From Escherichia coli (GTDB lineage Bacteria > Pseudomonadota > Gammaproteobacteria > Enterobacterales > Enterobacteriaceae): 64,000 nt of DNA. Position 1 is the stretch's first letter; each line of letters opens with the position of its first letter. The notes beneath the pieces were generated by a model. The model ran no database searches. It worked only from the letters and a program-made list of their open reading frames with translations, and was not told where the DNA came from. This document shows, piece by piece, positions 16,499 to 27,663 of this stretch. A program made the position numbers and the translations under genes. Where the stretch lies: the NCBI RefSeq assembly GCF_050920415.1, contig NZ_CP169309.1; one strand, given 5' to 3'.

Positions 16499-17926
16499 TC
16501 AGACGATCTCTTCCGCGTACTGCCAAAGCGCTTTTAACAGCGCCACTTTCTCTTTGTCATCGGCATATTGTTGTGCCAGCATCTGCAATTCATCTGCATA
16601 GCCCTGCAAAAACTCTGGCGTGAAGACCTGGCGGCGGTGCTCCAGCCAGCGTTGCTGCTCGGCATAATCCAGCGTCCCCGGGAAGTTGCGTGCTCGATAA
16701 TTGAACAACAGCTTTTCAATCCGTTTATCAACAAAAGTGATATCCAGTGCCGGTAAATTACGCGGCTCGGTTTCAAGCACAATTTTCATTGCTGCACGAT
16801 CGGCGTCACTGAAAAAGCCATTATAAAGCTGTGCATCCACGTTATCTGAAGGCGTAAACGGTTCGGCTTCGGCGAATATCGCCACCACTTTTTCACGCAC
16901 TTGCGGATTTTCACGCAGAATTTTCAGGTTATCGAGGCAATGCTGACGATTAATTCCCAGTCGGTCGGCATCTTCCGGGCGTAGCGTATTCGCCTGGGCC
17001 AGCACCGGACATTTATTGATATGCACCAGTTTAACCGGAACGGCGGCGTTATCGCCAAGATCGGCTTTTGCGGTATATAAACGCTCGCGCAATGTGTCGC
17101 TATCCAGCTCCAGTAATGGCGAAATGTCTCCTGCCAAATCCACCATAATTACGGCATTGCGATTTTCAGGATGCCACGCCAGCGGTGCTACCCAGCTGGT
17201 ATTGCCGCGCCATGCCCCAAACATTCCGGAAACGTGAACCAGGGGTTTCATCTGCGGAACATCAATCAACGCCATCAGTTTGTGTTTATTGCGATGGGTA
17301 AAGAGATAATCAAATAGGCGTGGCTGACGCATTTTTACCAGCTTTGCCATCGCAATAGTGGCGTACACATCAGCCATCGCATCGTGGGCGTTGCTATGTT
17401 CAATACCATTCGCTTTGGTTAAATGCTCAAGGCGAAAGCTCGGTAGACCGTCATCATTTTCAGGCCAGTTTATTCCTTCCGGGCGCAGGGCATAACAGGC
17501 ACGCATAACATCCAGTAAATCCCAGCGCGAGTTATCATGCTGCCAGCTCCAGGCGTAAGGATCGTAGAAATTACGATAAAAAACGTTGCGTGTGACTTCG
17601 TCGTCGAAACGCACATTGTTGTAGCCCAGAATACAGGTCTTCGGTACGGTAAAAAGCGAGTGAATACGGGCGGCAAACGCGGCTTCGTTTTCTCCTTTCG
17701 CCCGTGCTTCCTGCGGGGTAATACCGGTAATTAATACTGCTCCAGGCTGCGGTAAATAGTCATCCGCGGGCTTGCAGTAAAAAACTTCGGGTTCGCCGAT
17801 GACGTTGAATTCGTTATCAGTGCGAATGGCTGCGAACTGTGCAGGGCGATCTAACGCGGGGTGCGTTCCAAAGGTTTCGTAATCGTGAAACAAAAAGGTA
17901 GATTGTTGCTTACCGTCATTCATCAT
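16499..17926 (-). CDS. sbcB: Exodeoxyribonuclease I.
   Basis: The product starts MMNDGKQQSTFLFHDYETFGTHP and is about 475 aa. Confidence 0.92.
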   Translation of the reverse strand: MMNDGKQQSTFLFHDYETFGTHPALDRPAQFAAIRTDNEFNVIGEPEVFYCKPADDYLPQPGAVLITGITPQEARAKGENEAAFAARIHSLFTVPKTCILGYNNVRFDDEVTRNVFYRNFYDPYAWSWQHDNSRWDLLDVMRACYALRPEGINWPENDDGLPSFRLEHLTKANGIEHSNAHDAMADVYATIAMAKLVKMRQPRLFDYLFTHRNKHKLMALIDVPQMKPLVHVSGMFGAWRGNTSWVAPLAWHPENRNAVIMVDLAGDISPLLELDSDTLRERLYTAKADLGDNAAVPVKLVHINKCPVLAQANTLRPEDADRLGINRQHCLDNLKILRENPQVREKVVAIFAEAEPFTPSDNVDAQLYNGFFSDADRAAMKIVLETEPRNLPALDITFVDKRIEKLLFNYRARNFPGTLDYAEQQRWLEHRRQVFTPEFLQGYADELQMLAQQYADDKEKVALLKALWQYAEEIV

Positions 17927-18134
17927 TAGGTTAAATCCGTTATTTCTGCTGTCTGCCAGAGTATCAAATATCACCGTGCTAATCAGCTTTAGCGCGACAA
18001 TTTGGCAGCGAGTGGCAACAGATCATGTCAGATAAAAATGAGATAGTAGTCACATTTTCTTGCACTTTATTCCAGCCAGTTCATAAGTATTTCCGTAAAA
18101 AGAACAGCTATTTGAAACACCTGAGGGTTTGCTG

Positions 18135-19301
18135 TTGAAACGCCGTCTTATTATTGCTGCTTCTTTGTTCGTTTTTAACTTATCGTCTGGTTTTGCGGCG
18201 GAAAACATTCCTTTTTCACCTCAGCCTCCAGAGATTCATGCCGGGTCCTGGGTACTGATGGATTACACCACCGGTCAGATTCTCACCGCGGGTAATGAGC
18301 ATCAACAGCGCAATCCCGCCAGCCTGACAAAGCTGATGACGGGCTATGTTGTGGATCGCGCTATCGATAGTCATCGCATTACGCCAGATGATATTGTCAC
18401 CGTGGGGCGCGATGCGTGGGCGAAAGATAATCCGGTGTTTGTCGGTTCTTCACTGATGTTTCTGAAAGAGGGCGATCGCGTATCGGTACGTGATTTAAGC
18501 CGTGGTTTAATTGTGGATTCCGGAAATGACGCTTGTGTTGCACTGGCTGACTATATTGCCGGTGGGCAACGGCAGTTTGTTGAAATGATGAACAACTATG
18601 CCGAGAAGCTGCATCTCAAGGATACGCATTTTGAAACAGTGCATGGTCTGGATGCACCTGGCCAGCATAGCTCGGCTTATGATTTAGCTGTGCTTTCTCG
18701 CGCTATCATCCACGGCGAGCCCGAGTTTTATCATATGTACAGTGAGAAAAGCCTCACCTGGAACGGTATTACCCAGCAAAACCGTAACGGGTTATTGTGG
18801 GATAAAACCATGAATGTTGACGGCCTGAAAACGGGTCATACTTCTGGTGCCGGGTTTAATCTCATTGCTTCGGCTGTGGATGGGCAGCGTCGTCTCATTG
18901 CAGTGGTAATGGGGGCTGACAGTGCAAAAGGTCGTGAGGAAGAGGCAAGAAAATTACTGCGTTGGGGGCAACAAAACTTTACTACAGTGAAAATTTTGCA
19001 CCGTGGGAAAAAGGTCGGGACGGAACGTATCTGGTATGGCGATAAAGAAACTATCGCCCTGGGAACGGAACAAGAGTTCTGGATGGTGCTACCTAAAGCC
19101 GAAATTCCACATATCAAAGCCAAATATACCCTTGATGGTAAAGAACTCACTGCGCCAATTAGCGCCCATCAGCGGGTAGGGGAAATTGAACTTTACGACC
19201 GTGATAAACAGGTGGCGCACTGGCCGCTGGTTACCCTGGAATCTGTCGGGGAAGGCAGCATGTTTTCCCGCCTGAGTGATTATTTCCACCATAAGGCCTG
19301 A
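18135..19301 (+). CDS. dacD: D-alanyl-D-alanine carboxypeptidase PBP6b.
   Basis: A TTG start gives (M)KRRLIIAASLFVFNLSSGFA. It has the SxxK, SGN and KTG motifs. Confidence 0.9.
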   Translation: MKRRLIIAASLFVFNLSSGFAAENIPFSPQPPEIHAGSWVLMDYTTGQILTAGNEHQQRNPASLTKLMTGYVVDRAIDSHRITPDDIVTVGRDAWAKDNPVFVGSSLMFLKEGDRVSVRDLSRGLIVDSGNDACVALADYIAGGQRQFVEMMNNYAEKLHLKDTHFETVHGLDAPGQHSSAYDLAVLSRAIIHGEPEFYHMYSEKSLTWNGITQQNRNGLLWDKTMNVDGLKTGHTSGAGFNLIASAVDGQRRLIAVVMGADSAKGREEEARKLLRWGQQNFTTVKILHRGKKVGTERIWYGDKETIALGTEQEFWMVLPKAEIPHIKAKYTLDGKELTAPISAHQRVGEIELYDRDKQVAHWPLVTLESVGEGSMFSRLSDYFHHKA

Positions 19302-19419
19302 CCTTTCTTTTGCAGCAGACTGGCAGGAGTGCGAGTCTGCTCGCATAATCAACACTCATTCCTTGTGGTTTTAATATTGCAACTATGCTGTATATAAAAA
19401 CAGTATTAATGGAGGCGTC

Positions 19420-19893
19420 ATGAACTACGAGATTAAGCAGGAAGATAAACGTACCGTTGCAGGTTTCCATCTTGTTGGCCCGTGGGAGCAGACGGTAAAG
19501 AAAGGTTTTGAGCAGTTGATGATGTGGATAGATAGCAAAAATATTGTGCCGAAGGAGTGGGTTGCTGTCTATTACGACAATCCAGATGAAACACCCGCCG
19601 AAAAATTACGCTGCGACACCGTCGTGACGGTGCCGAATAACTTTACGCTCCCTGAAAACAGTGAGGGCATCATTCTGACAGAAATTTCAGGTGGTCAGTA
19701 TGCGGTGGCGGTGGCTCGTGTAGTCGGTGATGATTTTGCTAAACCCTGGTATCAGTTCTTTAATAGCCTCTTGCAGGACAGTGCTTATGAAATGTTACCA
19801 AAGCCCTGCTTTGAGGTTTATTTGAACAATGGCGCGGAAGAGGGGTACTGGGATATCGAAATGTATGTTGCGGTGCAGCCAAAACATCACTAA
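19420..19893 (+). CDS. sbmC: DNA gyrase inhibitor.
   Basis: The 157-aa product starts [26 protein letters not shown]. Confidence 0.92.
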   Translation: MNYEIKQEDKRTVAGFHLVGPWEQTVKKGFEQLMMWIDSKNIVPKEWVAVYYDNPDETPAEKLRCDTVVTVPNNFTLPENSEGIILTEISGGQYAVAVARVVGDDFAKPWYQFFNSLLQDSAYEMLPKPCFEVYLNNGAEEGYWDIEMYVAVQPKHH

Positions 19894-20091
19894 TTCATCT
19901 CAGGGCGGTGTGTTAACGCGATGACCACTCTTTTTTTGAAAGCGAAAAGAGTAAGATGCGCCTTTCAAATTTTTCGCTCCTGCCGGGAAATTACACTGTT
20001 CCCGGTATGTCCGTCGGATAATTCAGAGGCGCGCCTTCTGGCCGACAGATGTGTTATGAGCGCTTTTAATCTTCATTAACGGAGTTTCTGC

Positions 20092-21150
20092 GTGCGTGCC
20101 GATAAGTCATTAAGCCCGTTTGAAATCCGGGTATACCGCCATTACCGCATTGTGCATGGTACTCGGGTCGCGCTGGCATTCCTGCTCACTTTTCTCATTA
20201 TCCGCCTGTTTACTATCCCGGAAAGCACCTGGCCGCTGGTCACCATGGTGGTGATTATGGGGCCAATCTCGTTCTGGGGTAACGTTGTCCCTCGCGCATT
20301 CGAACGTATTGGCGGTACGGTGTTGGGGTCGATTTTAGGTCTTATCGCTCTGCAACTGGAGTTAATCTCGTTACCGCTGATGTTAGTCTGGTGCGCGGCG
20401 GCTATGTTTCTTTGCGGTTGGCTGGCGCTGGGCAAGAAACCGTATCAAGGTTTATTGATTGGGGTGACGCTGGCAATTGTTGTTGGTTCCCCGACAGGTG
20501 AAATTGATACGGCGTTATGGCGAAGCGGCGATGTGATCCTCGGCTCTTTACTGGCAATGTTGTTTACCGGTATCTGGCCACAACGGGCGTTCATCCACTG
20601 GCGCATTCAACTGGCGAAAAGTCTGACCGAGTATAATCGGGTCTATCAATCTGCATTCTCACCGAACTTACTCGAACGCCCACGTCTGGAAAGCCATCTA
20701 CAAAAACTCCTGACCGATGCCGTGAAAATGCGTGGGCTGATTGCGCCCGCCAGCAAAGAAACCCGTATTCCCAAATCGATATATGAAGGTATCCAGACCA
20801 TTAATCGCAATCTGGTTTGTATGCTGGAGTTGCAAATCAATGCATACTGGGCCACGCGCCCCAGCCATTTCGTGTTATTGAACGCGCAAAAACTTCGTGA
20901 TACCCAGCACATGATGCAGCAAATACTGCTGAGCCTTGTTCATGCGCTGTACGAAGGTAATCCGCAGCCGGTTTTTGCCAATACGGAAAAATTGAACGAT
21001 GCTGTGGAAGAGCTGCGTCAGTTGCTCGATAACCACCATGACCTGAAGGTCGTGGAAACACCAATCTATGGCTATGTGTGGCTGAACATGGAAACGGCAC
21101 ATCAGCTTGAGTTGCTATCGAATCTGATTTGCCGGGCCTTGCGCAAATAA
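20092..21150 (+). CDS. yeeA: Inner-membrane protein of the FUSC/ArAE-like family.
   Basis: The 352-aa product is multi-transmembrane. Confidence 0.85.
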   Translation: MRADKSLSPFEIRVYRHYRIVHGTRVALAFLLTFLIIRLFTIPESTWPLVTMVVIMGPISFWGNVVPRAFERIGGTVLGSILGLIALQLELISLPLMLVWCAAAMFLCGWLALGKKPYQGLLIGVTLAIVVGSPTGEIDTALWRSGDVILGSLLAMLFTGIWPQRAFIHWRIQLAKSLTEYNRVYQSAFSPNLLERPRLESHLQKLLTDAVKMRGLIAPASKETRIPKSIYEGIQTINRNLVCMLELQINAYWATRPSHFVLLNAQKLRDTQHMMQQILLSLVHALYEGNPQPVFANTEKLNDAVEELRQLLDNHHDLKVVETPIYGYVWLNMETAHQLELLSNLICRALRK

Positions 21151-21321
21151 TTCCTGAACTTCAGAATCATCTTGCTGCTGCTTCGATTCAGCAAGGATAA
21201 AGGGTATGATAGTGAAAAGGGATAAAAGCATTGTCATCTGCGGCAGCTATGAGTAATGTTGGCCCTAACGAATAGCGGTTGCTTAAACGAATCCGACTCT
21301 CACATTATCAGGGGTATAAAA

Positions 21322-21651
21322 ATGGAAACTACCAAGCCTTCATTCCAGGATGTACTGGAATTTGTTCGTCTGTTCCGTCGTAAGAACAAACTGCAACGTG
21401 AAATTCAGGACGTTGAGAAAAAGATCCGTGACAACCAGAAGCGCGTCCTGCTGCTGGACAACCTGAGTGATTACATCAAGCCGGGGATGAGCGTTGAAGC
21501 AATCCAGGGCATCATCGCCAGCATGAAAGGTGACTATGAAGATCGCGTTGACGATTACATCATCAAAAATGCCGAGCTCTCCAAAGAACGCCGCGATATC
21601 TCCAAAAAGCTGAAAGCTATGGGCGAAATGAAAAACGGCGAAGCGAAGTAA
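21322..21651 (+). CDS. yeeX: UPF0265/DUF496 protein.
   Basis: The product starts [41 protein letters not shown] and is about 109 aa. Confidence 0.85.
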   Translation: METTKPSFQDVLEFVRLFRRKNKLQREIQDVEKKIRDNQKRVLLLDNLSDYIKPGMSVEAIQGIIASMKGDYEDRVDDYIIKNAELSKERRDISKKLKAMGEMKNGEAK

Positions 21652-21751
21652 TTCCTGTTTTATTCAATGAGGGTTGCCCGGTAACCCTCATTGCTCATTG
21701 TTTCTTTTCTGTGTATCACCGTCATCATTCCCATCTGATAACCTATTGAAA

Positions 21752-22195
21752 TTAGCGATAGCCTTCTTCTGTATGCAGCAAGGCAAAAAGTTCTGCAACT
21801 CCATTGTTATTAACCGCACTGGTTACTAACACATTGTGCGCTCCAGCTTCCCGTAACCAACTTTTCACCAAAGATATTTGTTCCATACTGGCTAAATCTG
21901 CTTTGGTGACTACTCCAATGACCGGGCGATTCATTGACGAGGTAAAGCCTGGCGAAAAAGGTGACCACGGTGCGTCCGCATTAAGTACCAGCGCGATAAT
22001 GTCTGCTTCGCAGGCACTGACTAACAGAGCACTGTAGAGGCTGCGGTTTTATCGGTGAGGACTGGCAGCAAGATTTCCAGCCTTTTGACGGTGGGCCTGT
22101 GCAATCGTTATCAGATTCGTATAGCGATTATTCAGTGCTGCTATTGATAGCAGCTGAAAGCGAGATATCCGTACCAGAATAGCTCCCTCATTCTG
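21752..22195 (-). pseudogene. eutP/pduV-like (Ras-like GTPase) pseudogene remnant, yoeF-like.
   Basis: The minus-strand translation ...[50 protein letters not shown]... aligns to the EutP/PduV C-terminal half. The N-terminal P-loop is degenerate and there is an in-frame stop. Confidence 0.5.
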
Positions 22196-22519
22196 AGGGA
22201 ACGACGGTAATTTTGATTGCAGAACACAATGCCCGTTTGCTGAATGGTCCGGCTGGTGGGGCTGTAGCATTAATCCATTATTTGAATGAAATCAGTCATG
22301 CCAGAGAAACCGCTGTCAATGACGCATTTTGTCGGACGTTAACACGAGGAAGTCTGGCTATTCCGCAATGCCATCTTCTTTCGTAATGGATTGAGAATGC
22401 TGGATTTTTAATTATATTACGCGCAGTATTAATCGCGTAAATGTTTTGCGGTCAGCAACAGTGGGGGAACCATTGTTCTGTTCAATGAATACCATCATAC
22501 AATTGAATCAGGAGTCGGT

Positions 22520-23065
22520 ATGATGATTTTGGTGACAGGTGGAGCACGGAGCGGGAAGAGTCGCCACGCAGAGGCGCTTATTGGGGACTCTTCACAGGTT
22601 CTGTATATCGCCACCTCGCAAATCCTTGATGATGAGATGGCTGCACGGATAGAACATCATCGGCAAGGCCGCCCGGCTCACTGGCGCACAGTGGAGCGCT
22701 GGCAACATCTTGATGAATTAATTCATGCAGACATTAACCCGAATGAGGCTGTGTTGCTGGAATGCGTTACCACAATGGTGACTAATCTGTTGTTTGATTA
22801 TGGCGGCGATAAAGACCCTGATGAATGGGATTATCAGGCGATGGAACAGGCGATTAATGCTGAGATTCAGTCGTTGATTGCTGCCTGCCAACGTTGCCCC
22901 GCAAAGGTTGTATTAGTGACTAACGAAGTGGGAATGGGGATTGTGCCGGAGAGTCGTCTGGCACGACATTTTCGTGATATTGCCGGGCGGGTAAATCAGC
23001 AGTTGGCCGCTGCGGCAAATGAAGTATGGCTGGTGGTTTCGGGTATTGGAGTAAAAATCAAATGA
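22520..23065 (+). CDS. cobU: Adenosylcobinamide kinase / adenosylcobinamide-phosphate guanylyltransferase.
   Basis: The 181-aa product starts [22 protein letters not shown]. Confidence 0.93.
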   Translation: MMILVTGGARSGKSRHAEALIGDSSQVLYIATSQILDDEMAARIEHHRQGRPAHWRTVERWQHLDELIHADINPNEAVLLECVTTMVTNLLFDYGGDKDPDEWDYQAMEQAINAEIQSLIAACQRCPAKVVLVTNEVGMGIVPESRLARHFRDIAGRVNQQLAAAANEVWLVVSGIGVKIK

Positions 23066-23805
23066 GTAAATTATTTTGGGCGATGCTCTCATTTATTACG
23101 CGTCTGCCTGTACCGCGTCGCTGGTCCCAGGGACTGGATTTCGAGCATTATTCTCGCGGTATTATTGCTTTTCCTTTAATTGGATTATTGCTTGGCGCGA
23201 TTAGCGGGCTGGTCTTCATGGTGCTGCAGGCATGGTGTGGCGTACCACTGGCGGCATTGTTTAGCGTACTTGTGCTGGCGCTGATGACCGGGGGATTCCA
23301 CCTGGACGGCCTCGCTGATACCTGTGATGGCGTATTTTCTGCACGTAGCCGCGATCGCATGTTGGAAATCATGCGTGATAGCCGTTTAGGCACCCACGGC
23401 GGTCTGGCATTGATTTTTGTTGTACTGGCAAAGATTCTGGTGTTAAGCGAGCTGGCTTTGCGTGGCGAACCGATCCTTGCATCGCTGGCGGCAGCATGCG
23501 CGGTCAGCCGCGGGACTGCCGCATTATTGATGTATCGTCATCGTTATGCCCGAGAAGAAGGGCTTGGCAATGTGTTCATTGGCAAAATTGATGGGCGACA
23601 AACCTGCGTCACACTCGGTTTAGCCGCTATTTTTGCTGCCGTATTATTGCCTGGTATGCATGGCGTGGCTGCTATGTTGGTGACGATGGTGGCGATCTTC
23701 ATCCTCGGTCAGCTTCTCAAACGGACTCTGGGCGGGCAAACCGGCGATACGCTGGGAGCAGCCATAGAGCTTGGTGAACTGGTCTTCCTGCTGGCACTGC
23801 TATAA
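23062..23805 (+). CDS. cobS: Cobalamin 5'-phosphate synthase.
   Basis: The product starts [18 protein letters not shown], is about 247 aa and is multi-transmembrane. Confidence 0.9.
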   Translation: MSKLFWAMLSFITRLPVPRRWSQGLDFEHYSRGIIAFPLIGLLLGAISGLVFMVLQAWCGVPLAALFSVLVLALMTGGFHLDGLADTCDGVFSARSRDRMLEIMRDSRLGTHGGLALIFVVLAKILVLSELALRGEPILASLAAACAVSRGTAALLMYRHRYAREEGLGNVFIGKIDGRQTCVTLGLAAIFAAVLLPGMHGVAAMLVTMVAIFILGQLLKRTLGGQTGDTLGAAIELGELVFLLALL

Positions 23806-23816
23806 AGAGACGTGAC

Positions 23817-24896
23817 ATGCAAACACTTGCCAATTTACTGAATACGATCCCTGCCATCGATCCTGCCGCTATGTCGCGTGCACAACGGCATATTGACGGG
23901 TTGCTCAAACCTGTTGGTAGCCTGGGAAGGCTGGAGGCGCTTGGCGTACAACTGGCGGGAATGCCGGGGTTGAATGGCATACCGCATGTGGGCAAAAAAG
24001 CGGTACTGGTTATGTGTGCCGATCACGGCGTCTGGGAGGAAGGGGTCGCTATTTCCCCAAAAGAAGTGACAGCCATTCAGGCTGAAAATATGACCCGCGG
24101 AACAACCGGCGTGTGTGTGCTGGCAGCACAAGCGGGCGCTTACGTCCACGTAATTGATGTTGGTATTGATACTGCTGAGCCTATCCCCGGGCTTATCAAC
24201 ATGCGTGTCGCACGAGGTAGCGGCAATATTGCTTCAGCTCCGGCAATGAGTCGCCGTCAGGCTGAAACGTTGCTTTTGGACGTCATATGCTATACGCGGG
24301 AGCTGGCAAAAAACGGTGTCACGCTGTTTGGTGTAGGTGAACTGGGGATGGCAAACACGACACCGGCAGCGGCGATAGTGAGCACAATCACTGGCCGGGA
24401 TCCTGAAGAAGTGGTTGGGATTGGCGCAAACCTGCCGACAGATAAACTGGCTAATAAAATTGATGTTGTGCGACGGGCGATTACGTTGAATCAACCAAAT
24501 CCGCAGGATGGCGTTGATGTCCTGGCAAAAGTGGGTGGATTTGATTTGGTCGGAATGGCTGCCGTGATGTTAGGCGCTGCGTCCTGCGGTTTACCGGTGT
24601 TGCTGGATGGATTTCTTTCTTATGCTGCCGCGCTCGCAGCCTGCCAGATGTCTCCTGCAATCAAACCGTATCTCATTCCTTCTCACCTGTCGGCAGAAAA
24701 AGGGGCGCGTATAGCGTTGTCGCATTTGGGGCTGGAGCCTTATCTCAATATGGATATGCGTTTAGGTGAGGGAAGTGGCGCAGCTCTGGCGATGCCCATC
24801 ATCGAAGCTGCCTGTGCGATATACAACAGCATGGGCGAACTTGCTGCCAGTAATATTGTTCTACCGGGGAATACGACTTCTGATTTGAACAGTTAA
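23817..24896 (+). CDS. cobT: Nicotinate-nucleotide--dimethylbenzimidazole phosphoribosyltransferase.
   Basis: The product is 359 aa and starts [21 protein letters not shown]. Confidence 0.93.
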   Translation: MQTLANLLNTIPAIDPAAMSRAQRHIDGLLKPVGSLGRLEALGVQLAGMPGLNGIPHVGKKAVLVMCADHGVWEEGVAISPKEVTAIQAENMTRGTTGVCVLAAQAGAYVHVIDVGIDTAEPIPGLINMRVARGSGNIASAPAMSRRQAETLLLDVICYTRELAKNGVTLFGVGELGMANTTPAAAIVSTITGRDPEEVVGIGANLPTDKLANKIDVVRRAITLNQPNPQDGVDVLAKVGGFDLVGMAAVMLGAASCGLPVLLDGFLSYAAALAACQMSPAIKPYLIPSHLSAEKGARIALSHLGLEPYLNMDMRLGEGSGAALAMPIIEAACAIYNSMGELAASNIVLPGNTTSDLNS

Positions 24897-25694
24897 AAAC
24901 GAAAAGTCTGATAAAAGCTATACTTATCGGATAGTATTCGCGACTTAGGAAAGGGACATGATGCGTCGTGTAAATATTTTTTGCTCATTTGCTCTACTTT
25001 TTGCCAGCCATAATAGCCTGGCGGTAACTTATCCATTACCTCCAGAGGGTAGCCGTTTAGTGGGACAGTCGCTTACTGTAACTGTTCCTGATCACAATAC
25101 CCAGCCGCTGGAGACTTTTGCCGCACAATACGGGCAAGGGTTAAGTAACATGCTGGAAGCGAATCCGGGGGCTGATGTCTTCTTACCGAAGTCTGGCTCG
25201 CAACTCACCATTCCGCAGCAACTGATTTTGCCCGCCACTGTTCGTAAAGGGATTGTGATTAACGTCGCTGAGATGCGTCTTTATTACTACCCGCCAGACA
25301 GTAATACTGTGGAAGTCTTTCCTATTGGTATCGGCCAGGCTGGGCGAGAAACCCCGCGTAACTGGGTGACTACCGTTGAACGTAAACAAGAAGCACCAAC
25401 CTGGACGCCAACGCCGAACACCCGGCGCGAATATGCGAAACGAGGGGAGAGTTTGCCCGCATTTGTTCCTGCGGGGCCTGATAATCCCATGGGGCTGTAC
25501 GCGATTTATATTGGCAGGCTATATGCCATCCACGGTACCAATGCCAATTTTGGTATTGGGCTCCGGGTAAGTCAGGGCTGTATTCGTCTGCGCAATGACG
25601 ATATCAAATATCTGTTTGATAATGTTCCTGTAGGTACTCGTGAACCGCCCCGGAAATCCTGGAGACTAAACTTCCTGAGAAAGAGGTAAACAGG

Positions 25695-26021
25695 ATGACT
25701 AAAAATACTCGTTTTTCCCCCGAAGTCCGTCAACGCGCAGTTCGTATGGTTCTGGAAAGTCAGGGCGAATATGACTCACAATGGGCGGCAATTTGTTCCA
25801 TTGCTCCAAAGATTGGCTGTACGCCAGAGACTCTGCGTGTCTGGGTTCGCCAGCATGAGAGGGATACCGGGAGCGGTGATGGTGGGCTCACCACCGCTGA
25901 ACGTCAGCGTCTGAAAGAGCTGGAACGTGAAAATCGTGAACTGCGCCGCAGTAACGATATCCTTCGCCAGGCTTCCGCTTATTTTGCGAAGGCGGAGTTC
26001 GACCGCCTCTGGAAAAAATAA
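25695..26021 (+). CDS. IS629 OrfA, the transposase helix-turn-helix subunit.
   Basis: The 108-aa product ends in the leucine zipper [36 protein letters not shown]. Confidence 0.9.
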   Translation: MTKNTRFSPEVRQRAVRMVLESQGEYDSQWAAICSIAPKIGCTPETLRVWVRQHERDTGSGDGGLTTAERQRLKELERENRELRRSNDILRQASAYFAKAEFDRLWKK

Positions 26022-26908
26022 TGCCACTGCTGGATAAGCTGCGTGAGCAGTACGGGGTCGGACCGGTATGCAGTGAACTGCATATTGCCCCGTCAACGTA
26101 TTACCATTGTCAGCAGCAGCGGCATCATCCTGATAAACGCAGTGCCCGTGCGCAGCGCGATGACTGGCTGAAGAGAGAGATACAGCGCGTATACGATGAA
26201 AATCATCAGGTGTACGGTGTGCGTAAAGTCTGGCGTCAGTTGTTACGGGAAGGAATCAGGGTGGCCAGATGTACAGTGGCGCGCCTCATGGCGGTTATGG
26301 GACTTGCCGGTGTTCTCCGGGGTAAAAAGGTCCGCACTACCGTCAGCCGGAAAACCGTTGCCACAGGTGACCGCGTAAACCGTCAGTTCGTGGCAGAACG
26401 TCCTGACCAGCTGTGGGTGGCTGATTTTACTTACGTCAGCACATGGCAGGGCTTCGTCTATGTGGCGTTCATCATTGATGTGTTTGCCGGATACATCGTG
26501 GGGTGGCGGGTCTCATCGTCTATGGAAACGACATTCGTGCTGGATGCGCTGGAGCAGGCGTTGTGGGCCCGTCGTCCGTCTGGCACCATCCATCACAGCG
26601 ATAAAGGCTCTCAGTATGTGTCACTGGCCTATACGGAGCGACTAAAAGAAGCAAAACTGCTGGCATCAACAGGGAGTACAGGCGACTCGTATGACAACGC
26701 GATGGCTGAGAGCATCAATGGTCTTTACAAAGCGGAGGTAATACACCGTAAGAGCTGGAAAAACCGTGCAGAAGTGGAACTGGCCACACTCACGTGGGTG
26801 GACTGGTATAACAATCGACGATTGCTGGGAAGGCTGGGCCATACTCCTCCGGCAGAAGCAGAAAAAGCTTATTATGCTTCCATCGGAAACAATGATCTGG
26901 CAGCCTGA
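26021..26908 (+). CDS. IS629 OrfB, DDE transposase with integrase core.
   Basis: The 295-aa product has DQLWVADFTYV, HSDKGSQY and YDNAMAESINGLYKAE (DDE). Confidence 0.9.
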   Translation: MPLLDKLREQYGVGPVCSELHIAPSTYYHCQQQRHHPDKRSARAQRDDWLKREIQRVYDENHQVYGVRKVWRQLLREGIRVARCTVARLMAVMGLAGVLRGKKVRTTVSRKTVATGDRVNRQFVAERPDQLWVADFTYVSTWQGFVYVAFIIDVFAGYIVGWRVSSSMETTFVLDALEQALWARRPSGTIHHSDKGSQYVSLAYTERLKEAKLLASTGSTGDSYDNAMAESINGLYKAEVIHRKSWKNRAEVELATLTWVDWYNNRRLLGRLGHTPPAEAEKAYYASIGNNDLAA

Positions 26909-27230
26909 GTTCACAGATAAAACACTCTCCAGGAAACCCGGGGCGGTTCAACTCGTGTACAAATTATTGATCAGCCAGTGAAATACACAACGGAACCGGA
27001 TGGATCAAAGTGGCTGGAAGTTCATGAGCCACTGTCGCGCAACCGTGCGGAATATGAGTCAGACCGAAAAGTGCCTTTGCCAGTAACGCCATCTTTGCGG
27101 ACGTTCATTAACGGGCAAGAAGTTGATGTGAATCGCGCAAATGCTGCATTGCAGCGCCGATCAGGAATGCCTGTGCAAATTAGTTCTGGTTCAAGACAGA
27201 TGTTTTAAGAGCGTTGTTAATTAGAAAGCA

Positions 27231-27259
27231 AAAAGCCTGCTCGAAAGCAGGCTTTTTTG
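27231..27259. terminator. Hairpin terminator between ldtA and asnV.
   Basis: The hairpin aaaaagcctgctcgaaagcaggctttttt. Confidence 0.5.
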
Positions 27260-27263
27260 AATT

Positions 27264-27339
27264 TGGCTCCTCTGACTGGACTCGAACCAGTGACATACGG
27301 ATTAACAGTCCGCCGTTCTACCGACTGAACTACAGAGGA
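27264..27339 (-). tRNA. asnV: tRNA-Asn (GUU).
   Basis: The 76-nt reverse complement reads UCCUCUGUAGUUCAGUCGGUAGAACGGCGGACUGUUAAUCCGUAUGUCACUGGUUCGAGUCCAGUCAGAGGAGCCA. Confidence 0.93.
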
Positions 27340-27663
27340 ATCGTGTGAACGGGGCGCATATTAATGGCAGTGCATGGTGATGTCAAAGGGTGAAATGCAT
27401 TTTTTTGTTTGTTTGCTGCCAATTTCGACAAAATGGTGAGCTTTCAATCTTTTTGGTAATGAACCATCGTGGTGCATACCTTTCTGTCTTGGGGCAGAGA
27501 ACGCGAGTTCTAATAAAAAGATCGAGTGACAAAACTATCATAATCTCTTATTTGACCGTTGGTTAGCTTGCATATCAACACAAAATTAAAACTGGCAAGT
27601 ATCTTGCAATCTGGTTGTAAGTAATGGCGGCACTTGGGCCGATTCTTATAAACCGGAGGCAAC

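Larger units (their letters stand above)
25641..26950 (+). mobile_element. IS629/IS1203-type insertion sequence (IS3 family), complete at 1310 bp.
   Basis: The terminal inverted repeats are TGAACCGCCCCGG...CCGGGGCGGTTCA. OrfA starts [26 protein letters not shown] and OrfB carries a DDE transposase. ACTCG occurs on both flanks. Confidence 0.92.
24958..27208 (+). pseudogene. ldtA: L,D-transpeptidase LdtA (ErfK) interrupted by an IS insertion. The 5' part is 24958-25640 and the 3' part is 26951-27208.
   Basis: The N-terminus [30 protein letters not shown]...NVPVGTR runs into the IS. The C-terminal fragment ...KYTTEPDGSKWLEVHEPLSRNRAEYESD...ISSGSRQMF resumes after the IS. The joined flank restores GTRVQIIDQPVKY. 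Confidence 0.88.

Noticed and set aside
22271-22519. A possible cobalamin riboswitch upstream of cobU.
   Set aside because: No B12-box-like conserved core (of the type ...GCCACTG...) was recognised. cobUST is not known to be riboswitch-controlled in E. coli.
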